NCBI GenBank assembly: GCA_050230475.1
Contig: JBFLGF010000195.1
Span: 1 to 50,585, forward strand
Source of the DNA: Ancylonema sp.
Lineage: Eukaryota
DNA: 50,585 nucleotides
Direction: 5' to 3'
The position numbers and the translations under genes are program-made. The notes under the pieces are model-generated. The model searched no databases. It had not been told where the DNA came from and saw only the letters and a program-made list of their open reading frames with translations. Position 1 is the stretch's first letter. Each line of letters starts with the position of its first letter. Of this stretch, positions 38,499 to 50,000 are shown piece by piece.

Positions 38499-40369
38499 AT
38501 CGTGGAAGATACCACACCCTCAACCCTCCTCAAGTCACTGATAAGAATGGTTGGCCTAGTCCGCTGAGAGACGAACAAGCGCTGATTAATAAGTGGCGAA
38601 AGATGGGAGGTTTCTTGTCGAAATTTTTGTGTGTGAAAGTGCGTCGCGTTCGCCCTTGCGAACCATAAGTCGGGAGAGAATGTCGCTCAAGACCTTGCAC
38701 GTGCGATGGGGATGTACGAGACCGACGACGCCTGAACCTGAAACGACAAGTTGAAGCCCAGGACCTCGGTGTCTAATACGACTCCATCTTTCCTTAAGTC
38801 GTACGTTTCGTGATTTAACATCGCTTAAGTGTCGCTCATACAACACAAAAGGCACGATTACACACGAGCACTGACGGCAGGCGGAACTGCACAATCTTAG
38901 ATTTCAAACAATTAATTGTCCAAGGTCTGCAAAAATAGCATGGACATAAAAAAACAACGCGGATATTAATCACAGCTTTTCAAAAATGTATGCATGCATC
39001 CACATTCAAATTGTCATTCACTTTTTCTACAAATTTGGTAGGGGGGGTAGTGATGTTTTTAGTGATGGTTTGGAGAACAAGCTAATTATCGATAGGGCTA
39101 GTTGCCGTCAAGGCTTCTACAGACCGAATCGACGTGATGGAATCGTTTGCGGATGATTAGATGATGCTAAGAGACACTTATTTGATTCCTGCAGAGATAT
39201 TAGAACCGTTTATGATTGGATGGGCATTTCGTGTTTAGAGGATTTTGAAAAGGAGTAGGATAGCTGGAGCAACTCAAGTTGTGGCTGCTGAGACTGAAGA
39301 CACAGCTGTTACTGTAGTGGCTAATTAGCTCATTCAGTAACGTGGGAGAAAACCCCACCCACACCGACTTCTCCCACATATTCCTCATCCCCCAAGAACC
39401 CCCTAGCTCTCTGCGTAGCTCATAGCTCAGGATGCATTTGATGCATCAGCTACGCAGAGAGCTGGGGGGTTCTTGGGGGATGAGGAATATGTGGGAGAAG
39501 TCGGTGTGGGTGGGGTTTTCTCCCACGTTACTGAATGAGCTAATTAGCCACTACAGTAACAGCTGTGTCTTCAGTCTCAGCAGCCACAACTTGAGTTGCT
39601 CCAGCTATCCTACTCCTTTTCAAAATCCTCTAAACACGAAATGCCCATCCAATCATAAACGGTTCTAATATCTCTGCAGGAATCAAATAAGTGTCTCTTA
39701 GCATCATCTAATCATCCGCAAACGATTCCATCACGTCGATTCGGTCTGTAGAAGCCTTGACGGCAACTAGCCCTATCGATAATTAGCTTGTTCTCCAAAC
39801 CATCACTAAAAACATCACTACCCCCCCTACCAAATTTGTAGAAAAAGTGAATGACAATTTGAATGTGGATGCATGCATACATTTTTGAAAAGCTGTGATT
39901 AATATCCGCGTTGTTTTTTTATGTCCATGCTATTTTTGCAGACCTTGGACAATTAATTGTTTGAAATCTAAGATTGTGCAGTTCCGCCTGCCGTCAGTGC
40001 TCGTGTGTAATCGTGCCTTTTGTGTTGTATGAGCGACACTTAAGCGATGTTAAATCACGAAACGTACGACTTAAGGAAAGATGGAGTCGTATTAGACACC
40101 GAGGTCCTGGGCTTCAACTTGTCGTTTCAGGTTCAGGCGTCGTCGGTCTCGTACATCCCCATCGCACGTGCAAGGTCTTGAGCGACATTCTCTCCCGACT
40201 TATGGTTCGCAAGGGCGAACGCGACGCACTTTCACACACAAAAATTTCGACAAGAAACCTCCCATCTTTCGCCACTTATTAATCAGCGCTTGTTCGTCTC
40301 TCAGCGGACTAGGCCGACCATTCTTATCTGTGACTTGAGGAGGGTTGAGGGTGTGGTATCTTCCACGAT
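38499..40369. repeat. Giant inverted repeat: arms 38499-39420 and 39448-40369 (922 bp), 27-nt spacer
   Basis: Mirror coordinates sum to 78868. Identical mirrored ORFs 38586-38894(-) and 39974-40282(+). Three mismatches seen by eye (38539, 38552, 39404). Confidence 0.97.
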
Positions 40370-41003
40370 GTCGTGCTGTTTATCATCGGGACCATTCACA
40401 TGTGTAACATATCCGATATAACAATCATCGGTTGTAATGAGTGAAATGCACGTGCGAATTATGTGTCGTTGTATCACGTGAAATGCCGTTATATCACAAC
40501 TCAGCCTAGTCGAGGCTCGCATCACGCACGTGCGCGTTAACAATGAACCTGGCACTCCGCCCGAAGCGAGTCAAGCACATGCTAAGATTTATTTTCTAGT
40601 CTACCTATGGCAAGGGATTGCCAATGGCCTGAACGTAAAGTGTTCGAAACTGTATGAGGATGAAAAAATAATGCACAAGGAATTCACACACAATGAAATG
40701 CCAGCCTGAACACGCGAATAAATGATTGCCAAGTGAGTAGACAATTTATCAGCGGTTCCCGAGACTGATAAAGCTCCGATCACCGAGTTACAAAGTTATA
40801 TAGTGGCCTCAGCTAGGAGATCACAAAAGTAGCATCTTCTCATCCTGCCGTATCGACTTACGGCGCCGTCTCAGCCGACTCAGCTAGCCGACTTACTAGC
40901 TCAGAGCTAGCACACTAGGACATATGTTACCCTCTACTCCACTCTAGCTGGGAAGATGTTAAAAGTAGGTCACTCCAGCGTCATGCTGGTGGCGCGCAGT
41001 TGC

Positions 41004-44000
41004 TGTAATGGCGCGATATAGAGAAAGCGCACTTACATAAAAGTACAAGAGGAAGTAATAATTAATGCACTTTTAATTAGTAGAAACATGAGTTTTTAGG
41101 AGCAAGTGAAATGAAGCGCCGCGTCTGACTAGGTAAACCGCACTGACTTTCTGGTGAGAGTAGTCAGTGGGGTTGCTAAACGGAAGTAGCTGTCGATGAA
41201 CTTTCGGTAGAAGTTAGCAAACCCTAGGAACGACTGCACTTCTTTGACTGAGGTAGGGACTGGCCACTCCAGGATGGATTTAATATTGGCTGGATCCATG
41301 CCGATGCCAGCTGGAGAGACCATGTACCCCACAAAGGTCATCTCCGGTTGGTTGAACTCAAACTTTTGCACCTTGGCATACAACTTGTTGTCGCGCAGGA
41401 CTTGCAAGACGCTGCGAACGTGTGCGACATGCTTGGAGGGGTCCTCCGAGAAGATGATCACGTCATCCAGCAACCCGACGCAGATGACATCCAGGTACTC
41501 TTTGAGGATGTCATTCATGAAGTATTGGAAAGCAGGCATGTGCATTGGTGGCTTTCCCTGGGGGCAGACCAGATAATATTCGTAGTGGCCCTCTCGGCAC
41601 CGGAAGGCAGTCTTCCACTCGTCCCCCCCGGACTCGCACTTGGTGGTAGGCGTTGCGGAGGTCTATTTTAGTGAAGACCTTCGCAAGGTGGAGGCGATCC
41701 AGCATTTCACGTATGAGGGGCAAGGGGGAAGCGGTTTTTAACTGTCACTTTGTTGAGACCCCTGTAGTCCACCACCAGCCGCAACTTGCCATCAGGACGC
41801 GGCACGAACATGACTGGAGCTGCAGCACAGCAGGGGACTTCGAAGGCCTGATGAAGCCGTTGGCTAGGTTGTCCTTCAGGTAGGTTTGCATCTCCACCAG
41901 CTCTAGAGCTGACATGGGATAGATGGGACCCCAGGGTGGTGTGGTGTCTGGCTGCAGGGTGATCTCCAGATCGTACTTGCGGTGCGGGGGAAGGGTGTTG
42001 GCCTGCTCTTCCGAGATGACGTCCAGGTAATCATGATACTCCGGGGGAACCTGAGGGTAAAGAAGGGGATCTGGGGGGGAAACGGGGGTGGGAGGAAGGA
42101 GGGGAGGGGGAAGGGAAGGTAGCAGCGAGAAAGGAGAGAGGAGGAGAGGGGGGGGGAGGGGAGGGGAGGGGGATGTGAGGCAGGAGGAGGAGCAGAAGGG
42201 AGAGGCGAAGGTGAGGGTCCCGCGAGACCAGTCTATGCAGGTATTGTGCCTAGACACAGTTGTGCCCCCGGGCCAGCCAAGGGAACCCGAGGACCATCTG
42301 AAAGTGACCCAACCGGGTCACTTGGAAGGTAAGATCCTTAGTATGGCTGCCATGGATCCTGATCCGGATAGGCAAGTAGTGGGTGATGGGTCCAGTAGAG
42401 GGCAAACTGCCGTCGATAAGCTCTAACTGGATGGGTTGAGGGTGGGGGAGGGGTTGTAGGAGATGTTGGCCAAGGAAGGACGGATCCACGAAGGAATCAG
42501 ACGCCCCCGAGTCGACTAGAGCGTGGATGGGAACAGGCGGCTGGCCGGAGACGAGGACGTGGACCAGCAAGGTAAGGTGGCAAGGGGTGGGGAAGGGAAA
42601 GGGGATAGAAGGGGGGGAAGTGCCTCCCAACCAGGTCCCTACTAGCTAAGATGTCCGTTTTTTGGCAGGGAGGAGGGGTCGAAGGAGGTGTGGGGGGAAG
42701 GGGGGAAGAAGGGAGGGGGAACAGGCGTCCAAGGATCCGGGAAAGGGCCTTGGTGGGGAAAAGTTGCAGGGGAAAACCCGGCTGGAGGGTACCCAACGGG
42801 GGGATACCCGAATGGCAGGTAACCGGCCGGGTACGGAGCAGCAGCTGCAGCAGGGGCAGCAGCTGCAGCAGCCGCCGAATCCGAGGGGGGGAGGAGGGGG
42901 AGGTGAGGGAAAGTACCCCGAGCCTGGCGGGAGCGAGATGCCAGCGCGCAGGTGGCCGGTGTGTGGCCTGGCTGGCCACAATAGGCGCAGAGGCTAGCGT
43001 CAAAGCGACGACGACGCTCCTCCATGGTGAGTGCACCCTTGAAACCTCGGGAACCATCCAGATCCATGGGCTGGGGTCCAGGAGGGGGGGCAGGGAGGGG
43101 TAGGGCACGAAGAGGAGGACGAGAAGGGGGCTGGGAGGGAGGCTGGGAGCGAGAGCTGGCAGCTGCAGCCTGGTTCTGCTCCACGGCAATGGCAGCTGCC
43201 ACGTAGGCAAGGAAGGTAAGGGGGAGGGAGCCACGAGCGGTAAGCTCAAAACGAATTGACTCCTTTAACTTACGAGAAAATAAGTACATAAGGGGGTGAT
43301 CGGGCCAGCGAGGGGAAAAGGAGTGGGTAATGGTCTGAAATGCCACGGCCAGGTCGGAGACTGATCTAGTTTGGCGTAACATGTCCAGGGACCTCTCGCG
43401 GGAGTGGACGGTGACAGCCCCACCAAAAAAGTCTTCCAGCTCCTGGAAAAAGCGGGACAGGTCGTACGCGGGAGGAAGCAAAGTGGTATTAGGGTTTACT
43501 ATAGCCTGATACCATTGATAGGCAGGACCTTCCAGGAGCTGACCGGCGTAGAGTAGTTGAGACTCAAAATCAGGATAGGTCCCACTATTACCGACCAGAA
43601 AATGTCAGAGTTTCATTTTGAAAATAGGAAGTTGGAGCGGTGAGCCAGAGAAGGGAGGGGGGGGTGTGAGGTTCAGATTAAGTGAATCCGGGCTGGTGGG
43701 GGTGGTGGGACTGGTGGGGGAACATGTTGTAAATTGAGGGCATTGCCCATACGAGCAATCGTTTGCTCCATGTGATCCATTCGGGCCTGATCATGATCTT
43801 GTCTATTCTGATGAGCCTGTGCATGCGCACGGGCTTGTTGAGCATCAAAATCTGCCATAATGAAAAATGAACAGAAATCGAAATTTTTTCTCCTAAAAAA
43901 GTGTAATGGCGCGATATGAAGAAAGCGCACTTACATAAAAGTACAAAAAAGGAAGTAATAATCAATGCACTTTTAATAAGTAGAAACATGAGTTTTTAGG

Positions 44001-44198
44001 AGCAAGTGAAATGAAGCGACTAGCACTTATTTATACAAATGAACACCAACTAGAATATGGGATAACTAGAAACACACTAAAAGACAAAACAGGATCTACA
44101 CTCTAAAGACACAACTCAACACACACTAGAAGCACACAAGTGCGGGTTAGGATTACTCGCTATAGGAACACTAGTGACTAAAGGGAGTGGTCCTAACA
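41004..44198 (-). mobile_element. Degenerate, internally deleted Ty3/gypsy (Tf1/sushi-like, chromovirus-type) LTR retrotransposon with 5-bp TSD GTTGC
   Basis: 5' LTR 43902-44198 (TG...CA), remnant 3' LTR 41004-41118, GTTGC at 40999-41003 and 44199-44203. Gag from ATG 43858 with PQPMDLD and CAYCGQPGHTPATC; protease [63 protein letters not shown]. Frameshifts and stops present; RNaseH, integrase and PPT are missing. Confidence 0.93.
43902..44198 (-). repeat. 5' LTR (297 bp) with TATAAATA box at 44035-44028
   Basis: First ~115 bp repeated at 41004-41118; TG...CA termini. Confidence 0.9.
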
Positions 44199-47045
44199 GT
44201 TGCCGTCCAGCGTGGCCAGGGTCGCAAGCTGGTCCTCCTCGTCTTGTCGCCTTCCGTAATTCAATGCCGAAATTACGACGCCTTTAACGCGACGTGAATC
44301 TTACGAGAGAATTTACAAGGAAGGTGCCTGTATTACTCTTAAGCTGCTGGTAATGCAGCTGTCGGCGCAATCCGTACTTGGTGCCGCCATATGTGTCGTA
44401 GGTGGCGGAACAATCATATCGTTTCGTCTAACTACGGCCTTAGATTCAGTTCGGCGTTCGGTTAAATGTTTCATTAATTGGTTCACAAGGAGTGGTTACA
44501 AGGGATGATCTTGCGTCCCAATCACTATATCATCGAAAAGCCGAACCTGAAAATATGGAGTGAAAATAAGGACTGGTCATAAAATATATTCTTAGAGTCT
44601 GGAAAAACATAGTTTGGGTGGACTGGAGTAGACCGTCTTTAGACTAGTCAAGTGTGTAGAAAAAGGAAGTTTATGAAGAAATGAATGTACTGGAAAGCTG
44701 CGAGAACAAAGAAAAGATAATGACCCTAATTTTATGGATGTCGTGGAGTACAACAACTTGTACCGTTCCGATAGACTAGCGTTAGCACAGTGCGGTAAAT
44801 TATTAGACTAAGTGACTATGTGAGATGTATAGGAGAAGAAACGCCATATCGTAATTCGTATTGATCACTCGAAATTTATTATTAGGGACATCTTTCATGG
44901 GCATTGAGAACTTGATGGTATTTGCCTACGAGCATATTTAAGTGTGTTTGACGAACGAGTCGACACACACAATAAAATATGCAAGTAAACAAGAAAACCG
45001 CTTTTATGGAATGTCCTTCCATATCACGGGACGTTCCAAGCTGCGAACATCGTTTTTGGAGTTAAATGGATTTGGAGAAGTTTGAGTGCTTGAGTTATGA
45101 CACGTACAATCAGTTTCCATCATCCCAACTATAATAAAACAAAATTGCACCTCCATGCCTGTTTGCAACCCGGTTTGGGGTAAAATGCGGTTCCTACAAC
45201 CGGTTTGACAAGAAGACATAAAATAATTTATACAATATCGAAATGATAGATAAATCAGTAAAATCGTGTAAAGCCTTAACGCAGGCCAAAAGTGCCCATA
45301 ATGACGATTAGGAACCGGACTTGGTCTAGTTTCTCTCTATTGATTGACATTTATTATGACCATCATTATTCCAACTTGAGTCGCACGACAAGGCACGACT
45401 TGATATGTAGAAATTAAGTTTCGAGCCCTCACAACAACTCGATTGATATTGGCGCTAGCATAATAGTGTACACATAAGTGAAAGTGAAACGATTATTTGC
45501 CAATACATTATTCAGGAAATCTACGACAAGAACAAACCCGGAAAGACTAGAAGGTACGACTCATGTTATCTCAAGTAGGTACATCTCTCATACACCTCCT
45601 AATCAATGTCCTTGTATACTGGAAAAGTGCATGCTGTACGTAATCGCGAAGTAGTATTAAAGTGCTAAGAGGTGCTTGAGTTTCTTATTGTAAACACATA
45701 AGGTTTGTAGCATTCGGAAATTTGTTTATCGCAAGTGTATGTGAAGAACTACGTAATCGCATAATCACATCGTTGTTGTATACTTAGAATCGTGTATGAT
45801 CTAGTACTCACATGCCAACTAAGGAACATCTCTCACTCCATCTTGTGTATATATATATATATATGTGTACCTATCAATGTCCAAAGCGATGCAATGCTCC
45901 CCATCACGGTGAACAACTCTGCCCGAGTCCAGCCGATGCTGTAAAACTGATATTTTGGTTTGTCAAGTGTCTGCATGTGGAATATGCAATAGCCCGGGCC
46001 TGATCAAGTACATACATTCACGTCCATATCCATACTTGGTAATGCACATATAAATGTATGTGGAGCTCAAAGAGAGGCAAGGTGTCCCTGTGGGTGGTGA
46101 GAGAGTACATGTCGCAAGGATCCTACAGCCTTCCCACCTATTGTCAACCACCACAATTGGTCTCTAGTGCGATCCTTGGAACCCGCTAGTACAGCGCAGA
46201 CTACGCCGACTCTGAGACCAGAAACGACAAACTAAGCTTACAGCGTATCATCAAGTGTGTTTCATTTTTGGTTTTAATCAATGTAATTATCAAGCACGAT
46301 TGATCGATGATCTGAGCGAGACGTACGCTCATGTTTTTGTTGGATCAAGGGTCTAAAATTGTGTAGACCAGCAATGAGTGGATTGTAGTTGCGGTCTTCG
46401 CTCATATACTACAAGGACGGTGGTCTTAACCACTTTTTGCCCAGAACAAAAAAATCAACAAGTAATACGGAATTGATCGGTTAATTGATTGATGCGAGAC
46501 CACATCCACCTTGACAAAATTTGGTTCGCGAAATTGTGTGGGTAAAGGAAATAAAACGCAAACACCTTGCTAGCATTCTGTACAATTGGAAATATTGATA
46601 TTTGTGATTGAAGATGTGGTATGAACATCGGGGCATGTAGTTTGCCAGTCCCACAGGTAATGTGAAGTGTGCGCGAAAATGCGTGAAAATGTTCGAAAAT
46701 GCCGGGAAATGCCGGAAAAACTCCTTGCCAAAGTGCGAGACGTGAATCCCCTAGAACCCTTGTATATTTTTTAATTTTGTTGAATTGGGCGGCTAGCTGG
46801 CCTATTTTTATTCTAAGGTAAAAAATGTGGATGTGGGAAATACACTAAAAATTGAACTTAAACGGTGCAACTAGAAACTCAGGTGGCATTCATAATCGAA
46901 CACCTTGGAGGTACAAGACTTCATTCTCAATACCATAATATGACGAGTAAAAATGATACCATATGTGCAAGTGCATTTTCTCATTGTATAGCAATCTACA
47001 GCCGAGTGAATGAAACTTTTTGTCCTTTATTGACTCTGGTTCCAT

Positions 47046-50000
47046 TTAGCGCGTAACAACAATGTCATCAATTTTCAACATCATACGAACACACTCAGTG
47101 GCTAAAGAAATTGCACTTGTGCTAACAAGTAACGGTTGCACCACGTTCTCATCCATAATATTTGTGATCGTCCCTTTCCGCACATTGATGCCCGCATTGA
47201 TCTGCATCAGGGGCACATTGGTACCACCCCTCACTCCCTGTCTCTCTCCATCTCTCTCTCTCCATCTCTCCATCCCTCTCTCTCTCACACACACACACAC
47301 CACGAGGCTAGCTTCATAATAGTGAAGTTGAAATCCATATGCCACTCACAAGCACTCCCACACATGGTGCTGCATACAAAACAAGGTGGGAAAGAAGAGG
47401 CAGCAGCCGCAGGCAGAGTCCACAGGCCAAACTCAGGGTTGATATGACTCGAAGGTGCACCATTTTGAACCAATTCCATCATGCACACTTACCTCTGCGT
47501 TCGCATGCCGATTCCGTAGCTCTGTCACAATCGCGATCGGGTTCAACCCTGCGTTCTCCGCCAGGGTATAAGGGATCACCTGCACCCACCAGTGACCCGA
47601 ATCGGCTGCCAGCACCTGACTGACTGTGTGGAGTATTGTGGGACAAGCCCAAGTGTCCGCGGGCCCCACGTTCACTAGTGCACATACAACTGCACCTCTA
47701 GCAGGTCTGCAGTGATGAGATTCCAGACATGCATCATGAAAACAGGGGCTAGAGAAGCGCAATTCTCTCTCTCTCTCTCTCTAACAAAATGCATACCTCC
47801 ATCGCCTCCGCGAATGCCTTCACACAGTAGCTCTCCATCCCCTGCAAAGTCTTGGCGTATGCGCCCAACTGCAGCGAAACCTCAATCTCCGGCGCCCCTC
47901 CCCCCGCAATCAGAAATCGTTTGGTGACTAGACATCTGACGACGCACAGAGCGTCGTGTAGACTCCTCTCTGCTTCCCCCAGGACCTGCTCCCCCTCCCA
48001 CCAACACGCTATAAGCACATTGCGCCTCAATGGGACTCCTCTCCCTCACACACGCATCATTCGTGTACTCACCAAGTGATTGGAACCCCTCACGACCACA
48101 GTCATGGTTCGCCCAATGTTCTTCACACCCGTGATCTACACTATCTGCAACACCCGCGACGCGCCAACGGTTTGTGTCAGCACATCACATGCCACCTGTC
48201 GCCCTGACAGCACATCACTCGAAGCGCCACCTGGCGACACTTCCCCACACCCTCCCTGCCGTGCCAGGGCCTCACAACCGTGTCTCTGAACCTCCAGGAT
48301 TCAAATCAACACCATTACTTCACCTCCTCTACCTTCCTTCCATACCCAAACCCAAAAGAGGCCATCCCCCCCATCCCCCACCAGCCCCCCACCTTCCCAG
48401 GCTGGCCCAGATCCCGCTCCTCCACCAGGTCTGCCTGCCCCAGCTTCTCTGCCCGAAAGTGTTCGATGTTGGCGATGGGAAGGCAGTTCAGGGTCTTGGT
48501 GATGAACTCGATATCGTCGCGCTCCACGTCCTTCACCACCAGGATCTTGGCCTTGGCGAGGTAATGCAAACTGAGGTCCGTCACCGCGTCGCGGAGGATG
48601 GACTTCTGGATGAGGAGCACGTTGCACCCTGTGCCCTTGATCTTCTTGATCATGCCCAGGATGTACGACCGCTCCTCTTTCAGGATCCGATCCATCTGCC
48701 CGGGAGCGCAGGGGGAGGGGGGAGGGGGTTCAAGTTGTTTCAGATTCTTTCCCCACGTGTGCCTCCATCCCCTCCCAGCCCCCCCACCTGTGTGTAGTCC
48801 GACACAATCACGTTCTGCTCAATGTCTGTTTTTGGCGGCGAGATCTGGAACTGGATGAGTCCAATCTTGGCATTTTCGATCCTAGTGGGCCCCCCTGCAG
48901 TGCTGCTGGCCTTGCTGTCAAAGACGAGCCCACGGACCATCTCCGTGTCGTCGATCTGCCAGGTGTCACCATCTCGGCTACAGTATACGTACCTCCCAGG
49001 CTCACCCTCCTCCTGCCATTCACTCACCGTGCCCCCTAGCTTTTTAAAAACTCGAATATCTCTCAAGTCCACAGTGTGCGGTCTGGCAGGGTCGATGACG
49101 CTGAGAACGCAGTCCACAGCCAGAGGGGCGAGTAGGGACGAGTATTGGCTCACAACCTGAACCAGCCACCAGTGGTTCATGGTTCATGGGAATATCACGG
49201 AAATGGTCTGTATCCCATGTCTGGGAAGACACGGCAGTGGTGTGAAAAAACGCATCCCTGGTCTGACAGACCATTACGTCAGATTGTGGTCACATGTGCA
49301 CGTTTAAGCAGTATCCTTGATACTGTCTCCCACCAACATGGCGCGCCACTGCGCAACGTTTTGCAATTTCGCACACAAGGATGCCTTGCCTTGCTGTTGA
49401 GGGAGGTGCTGGCGCTCTTCACCCAAGAGTCCCTGTCTGAAAGCTCCACCGGCACTGCCATGGCCGTTAGAATCTGCATCACTCACAATCCGCCAGCGCC
49501 CATCATCAGCCCCCTCACTTCACTTTTATTCAAACCCCCTCCAGTCCACTTCAGATTTTGCACATACAGCCCAACATGCGATCCTGAATAACTGTGAGAG
49601 AGAGTAATCAGAGCCTGACCGCGTGATGGTTTTGACAGTGAGGGCCTGATCTGGCATGAACACTTTCTCACCCACCTCAACAGCCTTGTCAGAGGCTCGG
49701 AACAAAGCGTCAGAGATGACGGTCGGGTGCACACCCTTAGCCAGCAGATTGAGACATTGATGCAGAAGCGCTCCAGCCAGAACCACCACTGACAAACCAA
49801 ATACCAAGCACCACCACAACAGATAATAAGATAATGAGGGACAGGACTGCACTTTGTGACTGATGCCTCAGTCAAAGGCCTCATTGGTCAATTACTTGAG
49901 CTAGGGTCAGGGTTTTACGACCAACGTTTGCCCTTCAGTGCTCCCTTCAACCTTTGAAGTTTATTGCTGCCATGAATCGCCTCCTGGTTCTACAGTGCCT

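Larger units (their letters stand above)
40369..44446 (-). mobile_element. Solo LTR family A copy 3 (inverted, truncated), split by the gypsy insertion: 40369-41003 and 44199-44446
   Basis: Begins TGTCGTGC (reverse complement of the family-A 3' end). 44215-44446 is the reverse complement of ~20544-20765. Confidence 0.82.
38004..44580. mobile_element. Foldback/TIR-bounded composite element: outer inverted arms 38004-38117 and 44465-44580 enclosing the palindrome and nested LTR elements
   Basis: atgac.agtccttattttcact.catattttcaggttcggcttttcgatgat...gaacca..taatgaaacatt is present inverted at both ends. Subterminal TCCTTATTT motifs are repeated. No convincing TSD or transposase was found. Confidence 0.6.

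Noticed and set aside
38586..40282. Duplicated 102-aa and 62/78-aa ORFs as real paralogous genes
   Set aside because: They are mirror images produced by the palindrome and show no recognisable domain.
46499..46837. Possible MITE with CCACATCCAC / GTGGATGTGG inverted ends
   Set aside because: Only a 10-bp match, no clear TSD and no second copy in the window.
48136..48138. Stop-codon reassignment (TAG as sense) to explain the CCT4 internal TAG
   Set aside because: RS2Z, RPS9, SOD, the Lnt-like gene and CARNMT1 all terminate at TAG at plausible positions, so TAG is a normal stop here.
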